64,000 nt of DNA, taken from Chiloscyllium plagiosum (lineage: Eukaryota). Shown piece by piece: positions 52,465 through 64,000 of the stretch. The notes under the pieces are model-generated. The model did no database searches and was not told the origin of the DNA. It was given only the letters and a program-made list of their open reading frames with translations. The stretch lies in NCBI RefSeq assembly GCF_004010195.1, contig NC_057718.1, forward strand, positions 91,473,145 to 91,537,144, read 5' to 3'. How positions within the stretch are numbered: position 1 is the stretch's first letter; the number at the start of each line of letters is the position of its first letter. The position numbers were made by a program, and so were the translations under genes.

Positions 52465-53200
52465 GTCACTTATTTTGTTGAGTTGAAACAAATGCACATG
52501 TTCTGTCTGCAAATATTAGGAATGTCTTGATTACTATATGTAGCTGTAAAGTGCCTAGAATATCACTGATTACCTTGGAAGGGAAAGACATCTCAAAGGC
52601 TTGAGCAACAGGTGAAATTAACTGTTTTAAACTTCTACGCTGCAGCAACAATGAATCGTGTTTACCAAGAACATGATATTGCTATCAAACCAACAAAAAA
52701 TTGGCCTATCACACAAAGTAGTAATCTGGTATATGAATGTCAGTGCCAATGTGATGTCATGTCACAAAGAGTGGTACATCATATCAAAACATCTGTTTGG
52801 CTGTTCACAACAAACGAAGTATTGACCAAATGCAACCAACTTGTACTTGCAAAATTTGCACACCAGTATCTAACATTAAATGTGATTCCACAACTAACTG
52901 GACAACATTTTCTCCATAATCCAGAGGATGCAAAGAACTACACTGACAACCAATTTAGGATAGTCAGTTGGTGTCTCAGTATGGTGTATTCATGTGTGTT
53001 GAAATTACATATATTAGTACACAGAGCCTTGTTCTTTGCAAGCAGATAGAACATGCTTACGCACTGTGCCCGTTTCAACCATCAAAATAGGTGAAAGCCA
53101 TTTGGTGCTTAATTTCCCAGGGCAACAGCTGACGAATTATGTTAACCTGATTTAAAATTTAAACAAATCTGGAAATTACTGTCAATCATCAAATGGTACA
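52465..53200 (+). mobile_element. Decayed Penelope-like element, GIY-YIG endonuclease region
   Basis: PITQSSNLVYECQCQCD...SQRVVHHIK resembles the PLE SNVVYEFQC..YVGRTSQRL motif. Confidence 0.65.
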
Positions 53201-53233
53201 CTATCTACTGCTTTGCCTCTACCTAGAGTGCAC

Positions 53234-53522
53234 AGAATCCCTACAGTGTGGAAACAGGCCATTTGGCCCAACAAGTCCACATCGACCCTTTGAAGAGTAT
53301 CCCACCCAGACTCATTCCCCTACCCTATTACTCTACATTTCCCCTAACTAATGCACCTAGCCGACACATCCCTGAACACTATTTAGCACGGCCAATTCAC
53401 CTAACCTGCACATCTCTGGACTGTGGGAGGAAACCGGAGCACCCGGAGGAAACCCATGTAGACGGGGAGAATGTATAAACTCTACATACGCAGCTGCCCA
53501 AGGGTGGAACCGAACCCTGCTA
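53234..53522 (-). mobile_element. HE1-like SINE
   Basis: agaatccctacagtgtggaaacaggccatttggccc...taactgagccaccgtgccg. Confidence 0.85.
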
Positions 53523-54179
53523 ACTGAGCCACCGTGCCGTACCGTGCACTTGCCAACCATTCAGCAGTTCCCTTCCATATTGTATAAATGCTGATTTTCT
53601 CTTAATTTGGCGTTCTTCTGAACTGTACGTTTAAGTGCAAGATGAAAGATTCACCAAAATATCTTTGTTTCAGCAAAGTTAAGTTCTTTACCACCAATTG
53701 ACTGTTTAGAGCCAAAATGTTGATGGCAAGCCTCAGAGTGCTACTCTTGTTTTAGTGCGTTAGCCTCCCCTGAAGCACTCCAACAGTCTTCATCCTCCAA
53801 GTGTACCATATGAACATAGCAATGCTAGTTCTGATTCATGATGAAAACATTACTGCCAGTGACATTTGCACTTAAATTGTACAGGCAACAATCAATTTAT
53901 CACACTATTCTCAACAAAGCCATGGACGTGAAAGAGTGAGGGCAGTGCCTTTAAAATTGCACGGTATTTTGTGATCAATGTCAAATGATGCAAAGCGTTG
54001 CTTTCAATATAATCGAATCTATGTTTTGATCAGTCTTAATTTATGCATGGCAACCAAAAGAATAGGAAAATATTTTTGCTGAGAAATATGACATATGAGT
54101 TAGGAAGGCAAATACAATGATAGAATTCATTTTGAAAGGGCTTCAAAACATCTACAGCTGAGGCTGTTGAAGGCTCTGG

Positions 54180-54652
54180 TTAGATTTCCTTTGGAATGCT
54201 GAGAGCGGTTTTGGCCCAGTATCTAAGGAAGGAGGTGCTGGCCTTGGAGGGGGGTCCAGAGAAGGTTCACAAGAAAACCCCCCAAGATTAAAGTAGTTGA
54301 TTAGGACTCTATATTCAATGTAGTTTAGAAGGATAAGAATGGACATGGAGAAGATGTTTCTACTCAGAGAGACTAGAACCTGAAGGCACTGTCTGAGAGT
54401 GAAGGGATGACCCTTTGAGGAATACTTTCTTCAGCTAGAGTGTGGTGGATCTGTAGTATTTATTGCTGCAGAAGGCTGTAGAGGCCAAGATATTGAGTCT
54501 ATTTAAGACAGAGACAGGTTCTTGAATAGTAAGGAGATCAAAGAGTTACAGGGAGAAGGCAGGAGAATGGAATTGAGATACATATAAGCCATGATTGAAT
54601 GGAAGGGCAAACATGATGTGCCAAATGGTTTAATTCTACTCCTATATCTTAT
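54180..54652 (+). mobile_element. CR1 3' end
   Basis: Collinear with 6430-6975. Confidence 0.8.
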
Positions 54653-54721
54653 AGATATTACAGATGCACAATTACCATTTCATACAATTTGAACTGGTTT
54701 CAAATGTGCTTTGCATAACTC

Positions 54722-56165
54722 CAAATCATCAGTAGTCACAGGTGAGGTGCCAGAAGACTGGAGGTTGGCTAATGTGGCGCCACTGTTTAAGAAAGGTGGC
54801 AAGGAAAAACCTGCAAACTACAGATCAATGAGCCTGACATCGGTGGTGGGCAAATTGTTGCAGGGAATCCTGAGGGACAGGATTTACATGTATTTAGAAA
54901 GGCAAGGACTGATGAAGGATAGTCAACACGGCTTTGTGCGTGGGAAATCATGTCTCATAAACTTGATTGAGTTTTCTGAAGAAGTAACAAAGAGGATTGA
55001 TGAGGGCAGAGCTGTAGACATAATCCATATGGTCTTCAGTAAGGTGTTCGACAAGGTTCCTCATGGGAGACTGGTTAGCAAGTTTAGATCTCATGGAATA
55101 CAGGGAGAACTAGCCATTTGGATACAGAAATGACTGGGAGGTAAAAGACAGAGGGTGGTGGTGGTTGAGGGTTGATTTTCAGACTGGAGGCTGGTGACCA
55201 GTGGTGACAAAGAATGGTGCTGGGTCCACTTCTTTCCATCATTTATATAAATGATTTGGGTGTGAACATAGGAGGCATAGGAGTAAATTTGCAGATGTTA
55301 CCAAAATCGGAGGTGTAGTGGATAGCGAAGGAGGTTACTTCAGAGTACAAGGGATCTTGATCAGATGGCCCTATGGGCTGAGGAGTGGCAGATGGAGTTT
55401 TGCATTTTAGAAAAGTAAATCAGAGCAGGACTTATACACTTAATGGTAAGGTCCTAGGGAGTGTTGCTGAACAAAGGAACCTTGGAACCCAGGTTCGTAC
55501 TTCCTTGAAAGTACAGTTGCAGGTAGATAGGATAGTGAAGGAGGCATTTGGTATGCTTTCCTTTATTGGTCAGAGCACTGAGTACAGGAGATGGGAGGTC
55601 ATGTCACAGCTGTACAGGACATTGATTAGGCCACTTTTGAAATATTACAATTCTGGTCTCCTTCCTAAAGGATGTCGTGAAACTTGAAAGGGTTCAGAAA
55701 AGGTTTAAGGATATTGCCAGGTTTGGAAAGTTTGAGCTATCGGGGGAGGCTGAAAAGGCTAGGGCTGTTTTCTGTCCAGCGTCAGAAGCTGAGGGATGAC
55801 CTTATAGAAGTTTATAAAATCATGAGGTACGCGAATAGGATAATTAGACAAAGTGTTTTCCCTGGGATGGGGGATTCCAGAACTAGAGGGCATAGGTTTA
55901 GGGTGAGAGAGGAAAGATATAAAGGAGACCTAACGGGCAACCTTTTCACACAGAGCGTGGTGCTTGTATGGAATGAGCTGCCAGAGGACCTGGCGGAGGC
56001 TGGTACAATTACAATATTTAAAAGGCGTCAGGGTGGGTATATGAATAGGAAGGTTTCAAGGGATATGGGCCAAGTGCTGGCAAATGAGAGTAGATTAGGT
56101 TAGGATATTTAGTTGGCATGGACCAGTTGGACCGAAGTGTCTGTTTCCCTGCTGTACATCTCGAT
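54722..56165 (+). mobile_element. 5'-truncated CR1 LINE (RT and 3' UTR)
   Basis: TGEVPEDWRLANVAPLFKKGGKEKPANYRSMSLTSVVGKLL...FDKVPHGRL; frameshifted downstream. Confidence 0.93.
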
Positions 56166-56500
56166 CACTCGATGAAGCAAGAACTGCAAATAAATCCACC
56201 AACTAATTGAAGCCATGTGCCATCATCAACCTTTGCTCAGGGTGGTGTTCGACTCACCATTTCTCATCTCAGCAAATGGCTACTATTAAAAGTAAACATA
56301 CAAAATCTGTTTTATAATAAGTTATATTAGGCAACCCAGCTTTTGTTCCAAGTACAAATCGCATAAATTCAGTACTTTCAAAATAAATAACAATTCTAAA
56401 TGAATTTTCGATATGTCTTTATTTGGCATGGATTGTGGTAAAATCTAACTATGGAATTTGCAGAGGGAAAACAACTTGGCTTTGCATTGTTAATGAGGGA

Positions 56501-56730
56501 GGAGAAAGTGAGGACTGCAGATGCTGGCGATCAGAGTTGAAAAGTGTGATGCTGGAAAAGTACAGCCGGTCAGGCAGCATCCGAGTAGCAAGACAGTCGA
56601 TGTTTCGAGAGTGAGCTCTTCATCAGGAATCATGATGAAGAGTTCATGTTCAAAACGTCAACTCTCCTGCTCCTTGGATTCTGCCTGACTGCCTGTGGTT
56701 TTTCAACACCACACTTTTTTCAACTCAACG
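56501..56730. mobile_element. PLE family-A palindromic unit
   Basis: Inverted arms meeting at cttcatcaggaat|catgatgaag; perfect 15-bp duplication attgttaatgaggga at 56486-56500 and 56731-56745. Confidence 0.85.
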
Positions 56731-56988
56731 ATTGTTAATGAGGGAATCAGTTTCTAGGGTTGTAGTCTCAAGCACTTCTTTGTTCATTTTATCTTTGTTC
56801 ATTAGATTAATACAGTATAGGGCTCCTCTTTCCGTGCAAACAAATGGCCAGGACTGAGTGTTGCAAACATGCACATTTGATGTTCAGAAATACATTCTGA
56901 GTGGTGTACTAAACAAGGGGAAGCAACCACAATATTCAATGAGGAAAGGCTTATCTGCTATAGCATATTGAGGGGTTGAAAGTCAATA

Positions 56989-57648
56989 GGTCCAGTAGTT
57001 TGAGTATGCAGTCTTTGTTGATAGGTTCCCCGTCTTGTTGTCTGTTCTGTACATACAGCAGGTTGGCTATTGTTCCTCTGGCTAGGGTTTTGTCGATAGA
57101 GGTGAACAGTGTCGTTACATCGAATGAGACCATAGTTTCTTCCTTGTCGATGTGTATATTTCTGATGATGTCCAAAAATTCCTGTCTTGACTGTAGAGAG
57201 CGTCTGGATCCGCTGATCAGGTGTTTCAGTTTCTGTTGTAGTTCTTTAGCCAGTTTGTGTGATGGTGTCCCTGGTAGTGATACGATGGGTCTGAGTGGGA
57301 CATCTGGTTTGTGCACTTCAGGTAGTCCATAGAATCTGGGGGGTGGTGTTGCTTTCAGGTTTCACTGCTGTAGTTCTTTAGCCAGTTTGTGTGATGGTGT
57401 CCCTGGTAGCGATACGATGGGTCTGAGTGGGACGTCTGGTTTGTGCACTTCAGGTAGTCCATAGAATCTGGGGGTGGTGTTGCTTTCAGGTTTCATTGTC
57501 TGTAGATCAAACCTGGTTATCTGTCCATTCGTTTTTTTTCCTCAGTGTGTTGTTTATCCTATTGGTGAGCTGTGGGGTGGGGTCAAATTCCCTCTTTTGA
57601 TAGGTGCTGGTATCTGCAAGTAGTTGTTGCACTTTCTGGATGTACTCT
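56989..57648 (-). mobile_element. Penelope-like element RT, inverted 5' segment with an internal tandem duplication
   Basis: HKPDVPLRPIVSLPGTPSHKLAKEL...MVSFDVTTLFTSI; tandem copies at 57233-57364 and 57365-57495. Confidence 0.92.
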
Positions 57649-58682
57649 GCTGGACATACAGAACAGACAACAAGACGGGGAACCTATCAACAAAGACTGC
57701 ATACTCAAACTACTGGACCTGTGCCTCACAACACACTTCACATTCAACAACCAAATATATGAACAAATCAACGGTACACCTTTGGGCTCACCCATCTCTG
57801 GACTCATTGCAGAAGCTGTAATGCAAAGATTAGAACAAACAGTCTTATCGCAAATGCAACCCAAACTCTGGATCAGATATGTGGATGACGCCTTTGTAAT
57901 CATTAAAACACAGAAATAGAGAACACACACCGGGTCATCAACGCCACACTCACAGGAATCAGATTCACTAGAGAGGAAGAAAAGGACAACCAACTCCCAT
58001 ACCTCGACGTGATGGTACAGAGAACACCGAATGGAGAATTCACCACAAAGGTATACAGGAAAGCCACACACACAGACCAAGTCCTGAACTACGAAAGCAA
58101 CCACCCCAACACACACAAAAGAAGTTGCATCAAGACACTGTTCAAAAGGGCCACAACACACTGCAGTACACCAGAACTGCAAAAAGAGGAAGAAGAACAC
58201 CTATACAATGTATATGCCAAAAACAGACACCCCTGCAATTTCATCAACAGATGCCTAAGGGAATGAGGACATGCCACAACCCAAAGGACTAGCCACGTTA
58301 CCATACATCAAGAACATTTCTGAACTGACAGCCAGACTACTACGATAACTAGGACTAATAACAGCACACAAACCAACAGCCACTCTCAGACAACTACTCA
58401 CCAGGACGAAGGATTCGATACCCAGCATGAGCATATCAACAAACACATCGACCTGGACCCAATATACCGGCCACTGCAGCGGACAGCTGGAACGGACAAC
58501 CGGAAGCGGCAGAGACAAACCACTATAAATGCCGGAGGAAATAACACAGAAGCGCTTCACAGGAGGCTCCCAAGCACTGAGGATGTCACCTAGACAGGGG
58601 ACGAAATGTCTGCAACTCAAATTCCCAGCGCGGCGAACAGAAGCACAACAACGAGCACCCGAGCTACGAATCTTCTCACAAA
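57647..58682 (+). mobile_element. Penelope-like element RT C-terminus and 3' end, GIY-YIG core apparently deleted
   Basis: YEQINGTPLGSPISGLIAEAVMQRLE...WIRYVDDAF; VYRKATHTDQVLNYESNHP. Confidence 0.92.
58574..58613 (+). ncRNA. Minimal hammerhead ribozyme motif at the PLE 3' end
   Basis: gca CTGAGGA t gtcacc tagaca ggggac GAAA t GTC tgc: gca/tgc stem I, stem II with one bulge or mismatch, GUC triplet; stem III shows a CpG-type C>T change. Confidence 0.65.
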
Positions 58683-59339
58683 CATTATACATTTCTTACT
58701 GTACTCCTCTACTTTTCTACTTGAGTATGGTGACATTTAAAATCTAAATCTAATGAGTTGTACTGTCAGCTAACATCTCTCTGTATAAATGTGTGTTGTG
58801 TCATACTTAGCAGAATCATATCTGCAAGGGATTTAGAAATTTATTGAGAATCAGAAGGTCACAATGTCAGATCATCCTCACTCAGTAAGTGTTTTACAGT
58901 TATACTGGTCTTTACCATCACAATGATTAAGCCCAGGAATGGTGGCTATGTGGACAGCTACTTGGTGAGGTAATGGGAAAAACAAAGTTGAAATCTACTC
59001 ATCCATGAGACTGTCTGGTCTTCTTTCATCTTTCACATCTTAACATAAATCTTGTTCTCGGATTTATCACCATTTATTTCCCTTACAGAAAGGATTTTGA
59101 GTTGAGTTATATATTTTTGTTAAATGATAAAGTGATTACCGAGTGACAAGTTAGTAACTGAGATGCAGTGAAGTGTGAATTGTTAGCAAGCCATTCAGTG
59201 AAATAGTATCTCCATCATATTGGGCTGATCACTTTGTGGAACATTTATATTCCATCTGCAAAAATGACAGCAAGTTTCCAGCTGCTTGCCACTTCAACAC
59301 ATCACCATGTTCCGACGTCAACATTTCTGCCACAGGCCT

Positions 59340-60880
59340 GTTCCTTCATCGCACCACTCATGACACCTTCCTTCACACTACTGATAATCGAGAGTAGATC
59401 GATTACCGGACAGCAATTGGATGGGTTAAATTTGTCCTGTTTTTTAATGTACAGGACATACCCAGGCAATCTTCTGCATTGTTAGATTGATGTCAGTGTT
59501 GTAGCTGTATTGGAACAACTTCGCTAGGGGCGTGGCAAGTTCTAGAGCACAGGTCTTCAGTACTATTGCCAGAATGCTGTCAGGGTCCGTTGATGTTGCA
59601 GTATCCAGTGCATCCAACTATTTCTTGATATCATGTGGAGTGAATCAAATTGGCTGAAGACTGGCATCTCTGATATTGGGGATTCACTTGGCACTTCAGG
59701 TTGAAGATTGTTATATATCAGCCTCATCTTTTCCACCAATGTGCTGGGCTCTTCCATCATTGAGGCGGGGATATTTGTGGAGCTGCTTCCTTCAATGAGT
59801 TGTTCAATTATTTACCATTCATGACTGGATGTAGCAGAACTGCAGGGCTTAAATCTGATTTGTTGGATGTGGGATCACTTAGCTCTATCATTTGCTGCTT
59901 ATGTTATTTGCCATCCAAGTTGTTCTATTTTGTAGCTTCAGCAGACTGTCACGTCATTTTAGGTATGCCTGGTGCTGCTCCTTGCATGCTTTCTGGCACT
60001 CTTCATTGAACCACAGTTGAGGATATAGGCAGACCAGAGGAATATGCTAGGCCATGTGTTTGCAGATTGTATTGGAGTATGATTCTGCTGCTGATTGCCC
60101 ATAGTGCCTCATGGAAGGCCTGTCTTGAGTTGATAGATCTGTTCAAAGAGTGTCCCATTTCGCAAAGCAACAGTGCCACCAAACACAATGGAGAGTATTT
60201 GCAATGTGAAGGCTGCACTTCATTTTGATAAGGACTGTATGGTGGCCACCCTCACTGCAACAGGCGGATTGATAAGGATCAGATCATGTTTTCCCTCTTA
60301 TTGGTTGCCTCACCACCTGCCACAATCCCAGTTTAGTAGCTATGCCCTTCAGGATACCACCAGCTTGATCAATAGTGCTGCAGTTGAGCCATTCTTTGTG
60401 ATGAACACTGAAATTCTCAAACCAGTGTACATTCTGCACCCTTGCCACCCTCAGTGATTCTATCAGCAGAAAGCTTCCTTGCCAATACTTGATCTGATGC
60501 CATTAGACTTCATGGAATCAGTGTTGAAGACTCCCAGAACAATTCCCTCGACTATATACTACTGTGCTGCCACCTCTCCTGCGTCTGTTCTGAAAGTGGA
60601 ACACCACATAACCAGGGATGGTGATGTCTGGGATATTGTCTGTAAAGCATGATTCCGAGAGTGTAACTGTGGTTAGTCTGTGAGACAGCTTTCCAAATTT
60701 TGGCACTCATCCCCAAAGGTTAGTAAGCAGGACCTTTCAGGGTCAACAAGGCTGTGTATGCGGTTGTTATTTCTGGTACATGGGTTAACGCCAAGAGGTC
60801 CATTTCTTTGTTGAGATTTTGTACTGATTATTACAACAGAGTAGCTTGCTTTGCCATTTCAGAATGCAGTTGAGAGTCAA
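59340..60880 (-). mobile_element. CR1 (second lineage) endonuclease to RT N-terminus, decayed
   Basis: PKFGKLSHRL..LSESCFTDNIPDITIPGYV...RRGGSTVVYSR on the minus strand. Confidence 0.75.
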
Positions 60881-61289
60881 TCACACAGCAGATTGGGGCC
60901 CTGAATGTTTGGGCAGAAGTCATCAAATCTCTGCAAGAGCATTAGCTGTCTTTCTTCTCTGCACTTTTGAGCCTGGAGAAAACCTGTTAATTTTTCCCTC
61001 AACAGTTGCTGTAAGCTGTGGCTCTTAACCAGCAAGCCAGAGACTTGAGGCATTAGCCAATCTTCCATACCTTCTTTAAGCAAGTGAAAGTATCCAGAGA
61101 AGGAGAATCAAGAAACAGCATATTTTGTCAAGCCAAAAGGATCGTCAACAAACCCTGTGAACAGGGACAACTAAACCACCTTCCCAGTCTTTCCATCTCA
61201 TCACACCTAACTTTTTTTCGTCCGTGCCTGTCTCTGAGAGAGAGATTTTCTGGTCATAACAGAGATCTGGCTCAATAAAAACAGGCAAG

Positions 61290-63920
61290 GGTATGCATGT
61301 TCCTGGATACAAGAGGTTCAGGGGTAAAAAAGAGAAAGAAGGTTGGCTGACAATATGATTAAGGCTAATATTACCATGCAAGAGAGAAAGGATGTCCTAG
61401 AATGATCAATGACAGAATCCTTTTAGTTAGAGTTAAGAAATATAAATGACATTACACTGCTGGGTGTATTGTGAGAAGGGAAAGATATGGAAAAACAAAT
61501 TTGCAAGCAGATATTAAAAAAACTAGTGATAATGGATACTCCAATTACCTTAGTGTAGACTGATACTATTAAAATAGTTTAGATAGCTGTAGAAAGAAAC
61601 AAGGAGCAATCTGGACTGAAAATAATTGAACAGGGACCAATTTAGAGGAAACTAAGAATGGACCTGGCCTAGGTATATTGGAATCAAGGATTAGCAAGCA
61701 AACTGCAATATATCAAGGGGTTTTTGAATAAGAGATTGTTTGAGTAGAATCAGGGTACATTCCCAAGAGGACGAAAGACAAGGCAACCATGATAAAAGCT
61801 CCCTGGATTTTGAAGAATATATAGACTAAATTGAAGCAGACAAAGGCAGTGTATGATGAATGTCAGGTTGATAATATGACTGGCAGCAAGGCTCAATGTA
61901 GAATGTTCAGATGGCAAGTGTAAAATGAAGAAAGTGGGTCAATAAGAGAACATGAAAATAAACCAGCAATGAACATAAATCAGAATCTAAGAGTCTTTTA
62001 CAAATGTAAATAACAGAAGAGCAGTAAGAAGAGGTTTGAACAATTAGAAACCAAAAAAATAGAATTATTGTGGAAAGGGCATTCCTGAGAAACTAGTTAA
62101 ATACCAAGAAAGAAGATACTGTCCGAGTCATGGTGAAAGAAAAGGTTGGTTAGATACAGGATGGACTAAAAATTGATAAAGAGAATGCAATGAACTGTAT
62201 TAAAGTAGATAAGACACAGGCGCATGTGCGTGATTCTTTGGTTACTTGAGTCAGTTGGAAATTATGAAGGTACTGGTCATCAGATTTGGAAATGGTGCCA
62301 GAACATGAGAGAGTTGTAAATGTTACACCTTGGTTAAAAAAAAAGTCGAGAATGTAGTGCTGGAAATACAAAACAGGTCAGGAAGCACCTGAGAAGCAGG
62401 CAAATCGACGTTTCGGCCATAAGCCCTTCATTCGTATTTCTGCTGCCTGAAACGGCAATTCTCCTGCTCCTTCGATGCTGCCCGACCTGCTGTGCTTTTC
62501 CAGCACTACATTCTCGACTCTGATCTCTCGCATCTGCAGTCCTCACTTTCTCCAAAATAAAAAGAGGCAAGGATAAACCCAACAACTGCAGACCAGTCAG
62601 ATTAACCTTTGCAAAGGGAATGCCTTTAAAAATGATAACTTGGGACTTGGCTAAATTAGATTAATTAAGTAAAGGTAGCACAAATATCTTAAAGCCCACT
62701 CGTGTCTAACTAAGTGGAGATTTTAGATAAGGTGACAGACAGCATTCAACAGGATAATGCAGCTGATATGGTGTATAGGGAATTTAAAAAAAAAACGATT
62801 TGATAAAGATTTTACTTATTCATTCAAGTGATATGGTGCCACTGGCTTGGCCAGCATTTATTGACCATCGCTGGTTGCCCCCGAGAAGGTGATGGGGAGT
62901 TGCTTTCTTGAACCACTGCAGGTAATCTTGTGCAGGTAGCCCCCTTCATGCTATTAGGAAGGGAGTTCTAAGATTTTAACATCTCGTCAGCAAATTGAAA
63001 GCCCATGAAAAACGGCAGAATGCATACAAAATTGGCTCAAGTACACGAACAAAAGAGTAGTGGTGAATTTGTTTTCCAGACTCGTGGAAATGTTGGAGTT
63101 CTTCAGGGCCCAGTTGGGACCAATGCTTTACAATGATATATATTAATTTATTTGGCTTGTGTGTACAAGACACAATTCAAATCTGCATATGACTCAAAAC
63201 TTTGAAGTGTCGGGAAGTAAAGATGCTGAAAATAAGGCTTCAAGAGGACACAGACACAGTGAACCAACTACAAATGACTTATAATGGAGAGAAGCACTAA
63301 GTGATACATTTGGAACAGAAAGATCTGTGCACAAATTGTTGAAGGTGACAGGACAGATCCAATTCTGGACACTACACTTTAGGAAAAACGTGAATGCCTT
63401 AGACAGGGTGTAGAAAGGATTTACTACAATGTTTCCAGGGAAGAGGATCATCAGTTACATGAATGTATTGGAGAAGTTGGGGTTGTTCTCCTAATGGCAG
63501 GGAAGGTCGAATGGAGTTTTGAAGGAGGCAGTCAAAATCATGAGACAGAATAAATAGAAAGAACTTTTGGCAGAAAGGTTTAAAACTAGAACACCCTAAT
63601 GTGAGATGATTGGCAAAAGAACTGAAGAACACTTAAGACATAAATCATTTCTACACAGGAATTTATCATGACCTACAATGTACTGCTTATGCATTTAACT
63701 ATATTAAAGGTGCTATATAGATGAGTTGTTGCTGTTGAAATCAGGTGCAATCAGAAAGTTTTGTTTTTAAAAGAGAATTAGATAATTGCTTGAAAGGGGA
63801 AAAAACATTGGAAGATACAGGGTAAAGGGTGAAAGTGTGGAATTGGCTAGCTTCCTTTTACAGTGAGCTGGTACAGTCTTGATGGGCTGATTGGCATCAT
63901 TCTGTGCTGTAATCATTCTT
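61290..63920 (+). mobile_element. Old, heavily decayed CR1 LINE with inserts (PLE palindrome 62343-62553; CR1/SINE tail 62815-62975)
   Basis: gttcctggatacaagaggttcagg (endonuclease), ttgtaaatgttacacc, gaccagtcagattaacc (RT); tail cttgatgggctgattggcatcattctgtgctgta. Confidence 0.75.
62343..62553. mobile_element. PLE family-A palindromic unit
   Basis: agtcgagaatgtagtgctggaaa / tttccagcactacattctcgact inverted arms; degenerate hammerhead cores on both strands. Confidence 0.85.
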
Positions 63921-64000
63921 TAATTCTAACTTCCTTAATTTATATTATTTTCACTATTTGAATAGGCCTCCTCTGATTTTCCATGTTTTCATATCATGAA

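Noticed and set aside
57583..58200. 205-aa minus-strand ORF
   Set aside because: Antisense shadow of the Penelope RT frame
58895..58965. Possible plus-strand exon (ILVFTITMIKPRNGGYVDSYL) with a GTGAG donor
   Set aside because: Very short polypyrimidine tract and unrecognised peptide; within chance expectation
1..64000. CRISPR arrays, rRNA, true tRNA genes or prokaryotic operons
   Set aside because: None seen; tRNA-like boxes occur only in SINE heads and the sequence is clearly vertebrate repeat-rich DNA

Overview
Repeat-rich vertebrate genomic DNA, most likely from a shark (inferred from HE1-like tRNA-SINEs, Deu-domain SINEs and abundant CR1 LINEs), with one 500-N assembly gap at 31642-32141. 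I cannot identify any intact protein-coding gene: the ORF-track hits I could assign are decayed transposon frames, and the rest look like noise. The window looks like large introns or intergenic space. It holds many CR1 LINE fossils, L2 and Rex-Babar fragments, a nested Gypsy gag-pol fossil, probable solo LTRs, a pogo/Tigger DNA transposon and a MITE. It also holds a rearranged Penelope-like element (PLE) and about ten short PLE-derived units, several of them palindromic, with hammerhead-ribozyme cores and target-site duplications. The most unusual structure is a long inverted repeat (arms 13216-13734 and 14605-15134, about 96% identical, not a recognisable transposon). Its 870-bp spacer carries a candidate 135-nt cassette exon on the + strand and a candidate poly(A)-terminated terminal exon on the - strand. 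Isolated candidate microexons (9 nt at 22912-22920, 5 nt at 39111-39115), a 40-nt minus-strand noncoding exon and a GATA/CACCC/CCAAT motif cluster suggest an unidentified host gene with a possible antisense partner. All repeat family names come from recalled sequence similarity, not a database search, and boundaries are approximate.
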